Below are positions 48,605 through 56,801 of a DNA stretch of 56,801 bases, in pieces (the first letter of the stretch is position 1; each line of letters opens with the position of its first letter). Under the pieces are notes generated by a model. The model had not been told where the DNA came from, searched no databases, and saw nothing but the letters and a program-made list of their open reading frames with translations. The translations under genes and the position numbers were made by a program. The stretch comes from Candidatus Pacearchaeota archaeon (GTDB taxonomy: Archaea > Nanobdellota > Nanobdellia > Pacearchaeales > GW2011-AR1). Location of the stretch: NCBI GenBank assembly GCA_018304165.1, contig JAGVWS010000034.1, forward strand, positions 1-56,801. The letters run 5' to 3'.

Positions 48605-49291
48605 TTAATTCTTTGAACAAATGTAAATTAATTTGTAGTTTAAGTCAGCTTTCCCCTTGATTATCTTATTTATTTTAAAGTTAGATTTCCTTAAAGATTC
48701 TTCAATTTCATTTTTGGAATAATCATGATGAATTCCTTTAGAGCACAAAAAATCATAAATTCTATCTCCATAAATAAAATTGGAATTAGATAAATTAGAA
48801 ACATATTGTTTTAAATGTTGTAAAAAGAATCTTAGGTTAGTATTACGATTACCTACTGTACAAATCAAAATCCCCCTTCTTTTCAAAATACGATAACATT
48901 CCATTAACGTTTTTTGTCTATTCTCTTTTCCAGGTATCGATCCCAGACTGTCTCCTAAGAGAAGGATGGTGTCATAAGTTGCATTCTTTTTCTTTATTGA
49001 GGTTGCATCCCCATCATTTATTTTAATTTTTATATTTTCCTTCTTAGCAAACGCCTTTGCTTCCCTAATCATCCCTTTGGAGAAATCAATTCCTTCAATG
49101 TTATATCCTTGTTTAGTAAGCGGAATCAAATATCTGCCCGTACCACAACAAAGATCCAAGGTCTTCCCTTTCTTTTTTGCATATTTTATTATAAGATTAA
49201 ACTCCATTCCTTTTGTTTTGTTCTTTAGGAACTTAGCATAATCATTTGAGATAGTATCACAGAATTCTCTCATATTAACTTGTGAAGTCAT
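48605..49291 (-). CDS. Class I SAM-dependent methyltransferase
   Basis: LDLCCGTGR, GIDFSKGM, GDA, CYRILKRRG. Confidence 0.93.
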   Translation of the reverse strand: MTSQVNMREFCDTISNDYAKFLKNKTKGMEFNLIIKYAKKKGKTLDLCCGTGRYLIPLTKQGYNIEGIDFSKGMIREAKAFAKKENIKIKINDGDATSIKKKNATYDTILLLGDSLGSIPGKENRQKTLMECYRILKRRGILICTVGNRNTNLRFFLQHLKQYVSNLSNSNFIYGDRIYDFLCSKGIHHDYSKNEIEESLRKSNFKINKIIKGKADLNYKLIYICSKN

Positions 49292-49393
49292 GATTTTATG
49301 ACAATGAATATCTTTATAACAATTTCCTTTAAATTAACTCCTACTTTTCCTACACAAAAAATTTATATATCTACTTTTATGAGTGATGTTACA

Positions 49394-49752
49394 ATGAATA
49401 GAAAAACAGACAGAATAAGCTCTGAGACTAATGCATCTCAAATGGTCGGGAGGTTTCTTTTTCTATTCGCAAGTATGAACTCCAAACTTGCTTAGTTAAT
49501 CTTTCTAAAGAAAGGCTTACTTCTAAACAAAAACAAATATTATCTTGCTTAAAGAATAATAGTGAGCAGATTAATGTGACTAACTTTGTCTCTTCTATTT
49601 CTACAGTTATAAATTGTTCAAAATCTACAATTTGGCTCAATATAAAACAACTAAAAAGAGCAGAACTTTTGGAATACAGTAATTCAAAAAATAAAGGTTC
49701 TCCAATTTCTTTAACAAAAATAGGAAAAGCTATTTTGGGGGGACTAGAATGA
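49394..49752 (+). pseudogene. Winged-helix regulator requiring a -1 frameshift (not in ORF track)
   Basis: Frame ending ...LTSKQKQIL...SKSTIWLNIKQLKRAELLEY...GSPISLTKIGKAILGGLE*; nearest ATG (49394) is in another frame; ATGA overlap with next gene. Confidence 0.7.
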
Positions 49753-50438
49753 CTTCCAATGCAGAGTCTGAAGTAAGAAAAGACATAGAAACTAGAGGTT
49801 TAGAATTGGAGGTTATCAAACCCGCTGAAAAAGGTAGAAGGTCTCTCTGGATGGATGCTCTAATAAAAGAATTTCATGAGATTGCAGTAGACTCCTTTGG
49901 GAGGTGGTTACCTTTTGAAGCAATTGATGGACGTACTAGAGATGCTGATCTCTTATTAGTCTTAAGAGATAAAGGCAGCAGAGCGGTCGGATATACAGTT
50001 AACGAACTTCTAACACTCAATGGTACAAAAACTAACTATTTCGCAACTGGACTTTTAAGAAGAGACATTCAAGGAAATGGCCTCTATGGCCCCCTAAATC
50101 ATTTAAGGTCTGTTGCAATCCCAAGCGAAGCTCTGATGACAAGAACTCAAAGCCCTGTTGTTTACAGAGGGTTTACTAAGATTTGCAGTCATCAAGGACT
50201 TCAGGTAAATCCTAACGGAGTTAGCCCATCCCCCAAAGCATTGGATATCGCTAAAGCCTTCTGCGGTAAAACAGGAGAAGATTTCATTGTTAAGGGAGTT
50301 TATAATTTCGGTGAGGGTGGAAGAGCGTTAATGTATGACACCCCAGAACCAAAAACAGACATCGAAAAGAAAATTTGGAGTAGATTAAAAATAAATAATG
50401 GTGATGCAGTTATCATTGTTGGAGTTAAAGATGAGTAA
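49749..50438 (+). CDS. GNAT-like fold protein
   Basis: LLRRDIQGNGLY resembles the acyl-CoA motif A; TRTQSPVVY. Confidence 0.6.
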   Translation: MTSNAESEVRKDIETRGLELEVIKPAEKGRRSLWMDALIKEFHEIAVDSFGRWLPFEAIDGRTRDADLLLVLRDKGSRAVGYTVNELLTLNGTKTNYFATGLLRRDIQGNGLYGPLNHLRSVAIPSEALMTRTQSPVVYRGFTKICSHQGLQVNPNGVSPSPKALDIAKAFCGKTGEDFIVKGVYNFGEGGRALMYDTPEPKTDIEKKIWSRLKINNGDAVIIVGVKDE

Positions 50439-51252
50439 TATTAGAGTTGTTGTCAAAGAAGGAATAATATCTGGAAAAACAGCAGTTGTTCTAGCGGGAG
50501 TTCACGGAAATGAGAGATTAAACGTCCAATTATTTGATAGAATAATCCCAAAAATAAAGATAGATAAAGGAAAAGTCATTTTTATTTATGCTAATCTTAA
50601 AGCAATACAAGAAAATAAGAGATTTATAGAATTCAATCTTAACCGAGCTTTCAGAAATAATTTAGGAGATAAAGATAAAGAAAAATTAGAAGCAAGAACT
50701 GCTAGGGAAATAATTCCATATCTAAATGAAGCTGACTGCCTTCTTGATTTACATGCAAGCAATAGTAAAGACTCTAAATCTTTCGTTATATGTCAATTGC
50801 ATAGTTTTGAATTTGCTAAAGCAATCCCATGCGAACTTATAACATCTAACTTGGAGGAGTTTGAGCCAGGATCAACAGTACACTGGATGAACCTACAGGG
50901 TAAGACAGCTATGGGCTTTGAAGCGGGATACTTAGAAGACCCAGAATCAGAAAAAAGGTCGGAAGGAGCCTTAATGAATTTTCTAATAAAAGCAGAGAGT
51001 ATTAAAGGAAAAATCGGTTATACTCCTGATAAGAAATTCCTTAAAATAATCTTCTTATATAAGAATAAAGAAGCCCCATTTATAAAATCGCGAGAATTTG
51101 CAGATTTTGAAAAACTAAAAGAAAAAACATTAATAGGAAAAGAGGGAAATAAAGAGGTATATGCAGAAGCAGGAGACATAATGCTTTTTGTTAGAGACAG
51201 AGATGAACTAAATGAAGAATGCTTCTTAATTGCAAAAGAAATTACGCCTTAA
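50431..51252 (+). CDS. Succinylglutamate desuccinylase/aspartoacylase (M14) family protein
   Basis: AGVHGNE, NLNRAF, LDLH, FEAG. Confidence 0.92.
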   Translation: MSNIRVVVKEGIISGKTAVVLAGVHGNERLNVQLFDRIIPKIKIDKGKVIFIYANLKAIQENKRFIEFNLNRAFRNNLGDKDKEKLEARTAREIIPYLNEADCLLDLHASNSKDSKSFVICQLHSFEFAKAIPCELITSNLEEFEPGSTVHWMNLQGKTAMGFEAGYLEDPESEKRSEGALMNFLIKAESIKGKIGYTPDKKFLKIIFLYKNKEAPFIKSREFADFEKLKEKTLIGKEGNKEVYAEAGDIMLFVRDRDELNEECFLIAKEITP

Positions 51253-51324
51253 TCTTCCTCAACACCTCAGCCGTCGGACTTGCTTAAGCAAACATTTATT
51301 AACAAATTTTCAAATTAATCATTT

Positions 51325-51447
51325 ATGATACCCAAACTAAAGTTTGAAGTTGTAGATAATCCCGAAGGATTTATTATAAAAGATAAAGAGTTTAACCAAG
51401 TCCAAAATATGCTGTTTGATAATTTATGGACAATCGCCAAAAAATAA
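51325..51447 (+). other. 40-codon ORF ending like a TrmB-type regulator C-terminus
   Basis: ...GFIIKDKEFNQVQNMLFDNLWTIAKK*. Confidence 0.4.
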
Positions 51448-51667
51448 AAATGCCCACTTTTTCGGACAAAAATTCTTACGTCCCCACCGCTGGTCAGGCG
51501 TTTATGTCAGATCAAAGGGATGATTTAGATTGATTATAATAAATACATTAACTTAATACGACAAAAGCATAAACTATTTATAAAGACCTCTATAATCTTG
51601 TATAGAGATATTCATTTATAGAAACTAATATAAAAGATGTGCATGTAGACATAGCAGGTGAAAAAGG

Positions 51668-52360
51668 ATGGTAGATGAAGAATACACTCAACAAAAGCCA
51701 GATTTTTATCTAAATGCAGCTAAACTAGTAAATGAAGGTTTCGATGCAATAAAAAAGAAAGATGATCGAGCAGTTTCTAAAAATCTTGCAAAGATAGTTA
51801 GTTTAGGAGATCAATTGTCAACTAAAAAACCTCACCCGGAAGATGCAGTATTTCATTATGACGCTGCTGCTTTCCTTTTCTCTACGGCAGGTAGAGAAGC
51901 AGAATATTTAGGAGACTTTAGAAACTCGGCAAAGCATCATGCTATGGCTGCTAAACTATACTCTAAAGCATCAAAAGTCAAAGATTCTCAAGATACCTGG
52001 GATTACGAGGATAATGATGATAAAGTTCAGAGAGTTTTAGGACGTATGTTAGGAAAAGTTTATGATCCAAACTTCGCTGCATTTGCACACTCTGAAAAGC
52101 GACAAGCTAAAGAAGCAAGAGAAAAGGCAGCAATTTACAAAGCTACTGAGAAAATGAATCCAATAAGAAGAAATTTAGTTAGATCAATAAAACTTGAGCA
52201 ATTAGCAACGTCATTACTGCTAGCAATCCTGTTTATTTCGCCAACTTTAACAGGTAATGTTATAGATAGTAACCTTAAAGTTTCAAGTTTTGTAGGGGGC
52301 TTATTTTTTATTAACATTAATATTAGGGTATTTCTATACAGAGAAAAAAAGGTTAACTAA
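51668..52360 (+). CDS. Hypothetical Ala-rich helical protein with C-terminal TM segments
   Basis: GGTGA RBS; helical repeats; SPTLTGNVI between hydrophobic segments. Confidence 0.75.
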   Translation: MVDEEYTQQKPDFYLNAAKLVNEGFDAIKKKDDRAVSKNLAKIVSLGDQLSTKKPHPEDAVFHYDAAAFLFSTAGREAEYLGDFRNSAKHHAMAAKLYSKASKVKDSQDTWDYEDNDDKVQRVLGRMLGKVYDPNFAAFAHSEKRQAKEAREKAAIYKATEKMNPIRRNLVRSIKLEQLATSLLLAILFISPTLTGNVIDSNLKVSSFVGGLFFININIRVFLYREKKVN

Positions 52361-52366
52361 AAGAAA

Positions 52367-52747
52367 ATGAATTTTTCTGATTTTCTAAAGGATTTACGTT
52401 TGAATAAGGCTAGAAACATCGTTATTTATGCATCATTCATAATTTTAATAATATCCTTACTTTTTCCTTTACAAAAAATAGATAACTTGTTGGTGCAAAA
52501 AGCATCTTTTTCTTTTTTAATCTATGGAGTTTATTTATGGTTTATTGAAAGAATTATTCAGGTGCTTATTGAACAGTCAAGGGAAGACTGGGAAGCGATT
52601 ATTGCTGGAGTATTTTGGATATTTTTAATAATCGCAGGATTCATTGTTACTTGGAAATTGGTATTTGGATATAACCTAGCTCATGTTATCTTTGAGAGTA
52701 ATTCGACAGATATAACGGCCATGGCTAATAATCTATCTAAATCTTAA
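52367..52747 (+). CDS. Small membrane protein
   Basis: Three hydrophobic segments. Confidence 0.75.
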   Translation: MNFSDFLKDLRLNKARNIVIYASFIILIISLLFPLQKIDNLLVQKASFSFLIYGVYLWFIERIIQVLIEQSREDWEAIIAGVFWIFLIIAGFIVTWKLVFGYNLAHVIFESNSTDITAMANNLSKS

Positions 52748-52886
52748 AATATGCATTGAATAATTAGTGAACAGAGTATCTTATCTCGTTTGTGAACAAA
52801 AACCTATCAAAAACTTAGAAAACTGTATCCAGAAAGCTTAATGGGCTAGAAAAAGAAGAAAAAGTGATGAACAGAATATAATAACT

Positions 52887-53129
52887 CTAAAAGATTATTC
52901 CTTTTTCGGTAGCTATGATATCAATTATGTGCCCTCTTTCTAGTCCTGGGAACTTATTCATTTTTTCTAGAATTAATTTTTCTGTTTCTTTTATCATCAT
53001 AGGAGATCCATACCTCTCAACAAAAAACTGAACGCTCCTTATCCATCGATCGTAATCATCAAAAGTTAAAAATTCTAGAATCTTTTTCCCTTCATCAATT
53101 AGCCTTATTATTCCTTCAGTTTTTTCCAT
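52887..53129 (-). CDS. Hypothetical protein downstream of Fic
   Basis: Starts 2 nt after the Fic stop codon. Confidence 0.65.
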   Translation of the reverse strand: MEKTEGIIRLIDEGKKILEFLTFDDYDRWIRSVQFFVERYGSPMMIKETEKLILEKMNKFPGLERGHIIDIIATEKGIIF

Positions 53130-53131
53130 TG

Positions 53132-54283
53132 TTAAACAGTGATTATGTTTAGTATTTCGTGTCCTACGAATAGTTTTTCTCTTTCTTTTTGTTTTGTTTC
53201 TTTAAGGATGCCTAGTTTTATGAATTGGTCTACTATTTTTTTTGCTGTAGGATAAGTAACTTTTAGTTGAGCTGATATTTGGTTTATTGTTGTGTATGGG
53301 TTAAAGAATAAGTTGTCCATTACTTTAATCAGGTTGTTTGCTTGTTTTTCTTTTATTATCTTTTTTCTGTATTCTTCTCTTAGATTTTGTATTTTTATTG
53401 TTCTGTCTAGAGCGTCTTCTGATTGTACTTTTATTGCTTCTAAGAAGAATTTTATCCATTCTTCAAATTTACCGCTCTTGTTCGTGTTTAGTAACAGGTC
53501 ATAGTATTCTCTTCTGTGCTTTTCGAAATAATCACTAGCGTATAACAGTGGTTTTGAAATCTTATTCTTTTTGCATAAATAAAGCGTTATTAATGTTCTT
53601 CCGATTCTTCCATTACCATCGCAGAAAGGGTGTATTGTTTCGAATTGGTAATGCATCAGGGCACATCTTATTAATAGGGGCATTTCATCGTAAAAGTTTA
53701 GGTATTCTATGAGTTCTTTGACAAGGTTCTCTACTTCTTCCTTTGGTGGAGGAACAAAAGTTGCTTCTTGAATTTTAGTATTAGGTGGACCTATCCAGTT
53801 TTGTACTGGTCTGAAATTACCTGGAAGAAGCTCATTACCCCTAACGTTACTTAGTAGTATCTTATGCATTTCTTTAATCAGCTCAACCGTTATTTGTTCT
53901 TCCTTAATTTTTTCTAGTCCATAATTTATTGCTTCAACATAATTTAGAACTTCTGTAGCTTCAGCATCATTTTTCTTTATTCCTTTAGCTTCTGATAAAA
54001 AATAGTCTGATAATGAAATTCTTGTACCTTCAATTCTAGAGCTAGACAGGGCTTCTTTTTTTAAGTAGGGGATAATGAGCAAATCAGGGTTTGGAAGTAG
54101 TAATCCTGCTCCTGATAGTTTACTTAATGTGCTATCCGCTTTTGAAAGGGCAAGAACTACTTGAGATGTGTATTCAACTTTAGGTGGGAGCTTGTTAGGA
54201 ATGAACGCTTTATACTTTCCATGCTCTGAATCTTGTGTTTCAACAATCTTTCCGAAAGCTCCTTTGAATTCAGCCTCTTCCAT
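53132..54283 (-). CDS. Fic family protein (N-terminal DUF4172-type, C-terminal HTH)
   Basis: EALSSSRIEGT, HPFCDGNGRIGR, VTYPTAKKIV HTH; TTTACTATAGTAAA palindrome upstream. Confidence 0.95.
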   Translation of the reverse strand: MEEAEFKGAFGKIVETQDSEHGKYKAFIPNKLPPKVEYTSQVVLALSKADSTLSKLSGAGLLLPNPDLLIIPYLKKEALSSSRIEGTRISLSDYFLSEAKGIKKNDAEATEVLNYVEAINYGLEKIKEEQITVELIKEMHKILLSNVRGNELLPGNFRPVQNWIGPPNTKIQEATFVPPPKEEVENLVKELIEYLNFYDEMPLLIRCALMHYQFETIHPFCDGNGRIGRTLITLYLCKKNKISKPLLYASDYFEKHRREYYDLLLNTNKSGKFEEWIKFFLEAIKVQSEDALDRTIKIQNLREEYRKKIIKEKQANNLIKVMDNLFFNPYTTINQISAQLKVTYPTAKKIVDQFIKLGILKETKQKEREKLFVGHEILNIITV

Positions 54284-54735
54284 AAAATATAGCTATTTTT
54301 AGAGTATTTAAGCTTTACTATAGTAAAGAGCATATTTCTTTAATGAACTAGTAGTCAGATATAGTAAATGATACTTTCTTTTAATAGATTTTGTGTGTGT
54401 TAAAATATATTTTAATGGAAAATTTTCTATCAAAGGAAATTATCTTTTCTTTTAATAGGATCATTCTCTTACAAAGAACAGCATAATTGGTGCTACTTCT
54501 AGCTCATTAAGTATCTTCTTTTCTAGAAAAGTCTTTATAGATTAACATAAGGTGATTAGCGGAAATCCGCACTAACTTTTAATATAACTATTATCAATAG
54601 CCTTTATGCTCACTATAAACAACCATCTTGACACCAATTAATATGTCGTTTTACAGGTTATCAGTTAATTATTCTTGGTTCTGAGGTAACTTTTTGGTGC
54701 GAGAATGCCATAATCACCAACATAATAGTTCTAAC

Positions 54736-55503
54736 ATGGTAGAACAAGATTTCAAGAAGTTTTTTGAATCATTGAATGATGAATTAGAAGCTGTAAAAGA
54801 TAGAGTAAGAAGTTTGATAGGAGAAGCTAATTGGGGCGAGGATGGAAGATATAGAGAAGCAGTGTTAAGAAATATAATCTCCAGATTCTTACCTAAGGAT
54901 TGCTCTATAGGAACTGGTTTTGTGATTAATGAGAGGAGAGAAATTACTAAACAAATAGATATTATAATTTATGATAGCTCTTCACCAGTTTTATTTTCTG
55001 AGGGAGATTTTGTTGTAGTTTTAGCCAACACAGTTAAAGCGATAATAGAAGTAAAATCATCTATAAACAGTTCTAAAAAGCTTTTGGAAATCATTAAGAT
55101 TTGTGAAGATAATGCTAAGATAATAGAGGTTTCTATTGTAGCACAAAGCCAAAGAATGTTTAACGGAATCTTTTGTTATGAATGTGACTTATCTTTTGAA
55201 ACATTAGAAAAATCCTTAAAAGAATGTTTTAACATTAGTGAATGTTCTCTTTTTAGAAAGATAAATAATATTTCATTAGGCAACGAAAAGTTTCTACATT
55301 TCTGGGATTCTAAGCCTTTCTCATTTAGGGGTTATAAACTAGAAAATTTAAGTTTTGCTTATCTCATCTCTAATATTTTAGACTCATTAAACTCAAATAG
55401 GCTTAGTATGAGTAAATCTCCATTTTCTCCATTAGAATCTAAGAATCCATTCGAACAATTTCGAATAAACTATCCTGAAGAAAAATTTGATAGATACTTT
55501 TAA
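54736..55503 (+). CDS. PD-(D/E)XK nuclease-like protein (DUF6602-type)
   Basis: GEDGRYRE..LR....FLP....GTGFV, QIDIIIYD, IEVKS. Confidence 0.8.
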   Translation: MVEQDFKKFFESLNDELEAVKDRVRSLIGEANWGEDGRYREAVLRNIISRFLPKDCSIGTGFVINERREITKQIDIIIYDSSSPVLFSEGDFVVVLANTVKAIIEVKSSINSSKKLLEIIKICEDNAKIIEVSIVAQSQRMFNGIFCYECDLSFETLEKSLKECFNISECSLFRKINNISLGNEKFLHFWDSKPFSFRGYKLENLSFAYLISNILDSLNSNRLSMSKSPFSPLESKNPFEQFRINYPEEKFDRYF

Positions 55504-55601
55504 ACTATAAATTCATACCACTCCAAGATGCACTGATTGGTTTGCACTCCATCGGGCTAAGACCACTTTAGTACATTAATTATGGGAGAATAAATCTGAT
55601 A

Positions 55602-55895
55602 TTATAATTCGTCTAGAATTTGCATCATCTTACTATAATCACCATTAGCTTCTTTCTTTAACTCTGCCCATGATTCTTCTCTTAACTTTCTGCATTCTTT
55701 AGTTAGCCTTTCTCTTTCTTTCTCATCCATATTCATACCTAAAAGTATTTCAAAATCCATTAAAGCATTCTCAATTTCCACTACTTCTCTAGCTATTCTT
55801 TGAGATTCCTTCTGGGCTAGTTCTAATGTTTGATCCTGCCTTTGTTGTATAAATTTGCCTAAATCTGCAGGGTTTCTTATTTGTAATGTTTCCAT
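55602..55895 (-). CDS. Hypothetical helical protein
   Basis: 97-aa ORF downstream of the PIN gene. Confidence 0.7.
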   Translation of the reverse strand: METLQIRNPADLGKFIQQRQDQTLELAQKESQRIAREVVEIENALMDFEILLGMNMDEKERERLTKECRKLREESWAELKKEANGDYSKMMQILDEL

Positions 55896-56002
55896 AGTTT
55901 ATGACTGATTTTTTAGTTTTTAAGCATGGGCAGTAAAAAATTATGCCTCAAAAGCTTCCATGTTACATTTATATTACATGAATGTAATATCAATATATAA
56001 AC

Positions 56003-56572
56003 TTATCTTCTTTGCTTGTAAAACTTCTTATCTTTTCTCAACTCCCTCATTATTTTATTATCAAATGAAGGCAGATTTGAGCTATCCATGCCTAAGAATG
56101 ATGCACAAATTCTAGCTGCTTCATCAGTTGAATATATCTTATTAACTCCACATTTCTTAAATACAAGAATTATAACAGAGTCTGGCTCATGACAATGTAG
56201 GTATTCCTTACCCATATTGGCTAACTTCTCGTTAGACTGCTTCTCAAAAGTTTTTAGTTCTTCCTCTGGAATAAAACACTCTGTAGGATAAATTATCCTT
56301 ACATTTCTGCTCTTAATGAAGTCTTTAGCCTCCTCTTTAGCACTATGGAAATCACAATTTTTCTTTAACATTATGTGCTTGGTAAATTCTCTAAGGCAAG
56401 CTGCATGAGTAAAAATGATATCATGACGATTGAATATTCTTGATGCTTCAACTCTAAGAAGGAAAGGTTGATCATAAATTCTTACGAATATATTTGTGTC
56501 GATTCCTATCTTTCTTCTACCATTGAAAGCAGTAGTTCTTCTTATGCCTATAAATTTCGGTTTCTTAGCCAT
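56003..56572 (-). CDS. PIN-domain protein
   Basis: IGIDTNIF, CLRE, HEPDSVI, YSTD. Confidence 0.8.
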   Translation of the reverse strand: MAKKPKFIGIRRTTAFNGRRKIGIDTNIFVRIYDQPFLLRVEASRIFNRHDIIFTHAACLREFTKHIMLKKNCDFHSAKEEAKDFIKSRNVRIIYPTECFIPEEELKTFEKQSNEKLANMGKEYLHCHEPDSVIILVFKKCGVNKIYSTDEAARICASFLGMDSSNLPSFDNKIMRELRKDKKFYKQRR

Positions 56573-56801
56573 AATTCTACCTTATTTGTAAAACTAAACT
56601 GCTATTTCTCTTTAAATATATTTATGACAAAATAACTTTTAAACTCCTGCGGGGGGCTTCTGTATTCAAATCTTGCTCCCCCAAAGATGTATTCTTTAGT
56701 TCCACGCCCCCACCTGCTCGCATCCTCATTCTTAATAAATTTATTTTACCTAAATGAGAACGCTCGGATTCAAAGTTCAAAGGTGGACGCTTCTCTGTCC
56801 G

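Noticed and set aside
51643..51652. Third GTAGAC operator
   Set aside because: Single half-site and the downstream protein lacks the shared N-terminal domain; could be chance
936..53538. Numerous 60-130 aa ORFs antisense to or nested in long genes
   Set aside because: Shadow frames of well-supported CDSs without motifs or promoters

Overview
AT-rich archaeal chromosomal segment, most consistent with a DPANN genome (Pacearchaeota/Woesearchaeota-like). This is inferred from archaeal r-proteins, Rpo7/Spt4, BRE-TATA promoters, a BHB tRNA intron and large sequon-rich surface proteins. Housekeeping genes: rpl31e, rpl39e, rps19e, cysS, Rpp30-like, frameshifted pyrH, rpo7-spt4-rps24e-rps27ae, prs, scpA, hisS, and five tRNAs (Glu-CTC, Gln-CTG, Thr-GGT, intron-containing Trp-CCA, His-GTG). 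They are interleaved with toxin-antitoxin/defence genes (MNT-HEPN, AbrB-PIN, two Fic, AAA-DUF4143, PIN) and small mobile or repeated DNA. The most notable observations are: (1) an MNT and a Fic gene 43 kb apart share an N-terminal domain and a GTCTAC...GTAGAC palindrome straddling their TATA boxes; (2) a LAGLIDADG ORF ends inside the anticodon loop of tRNA-Thr; (3) a ~90-bp double-hairpin MITE with TA duplication occurs in two diverged lineages, one copy splitting a tyrosine recombinase gene; (4) attC-like sites flank a divergent sugar-phosphate cyclase; (5) two promoter-anchored structured RNA candidates lie in intergenic DNA. No CRISPR array or rRNA was seen. All protein family calls come from motif recognition, not database searches.
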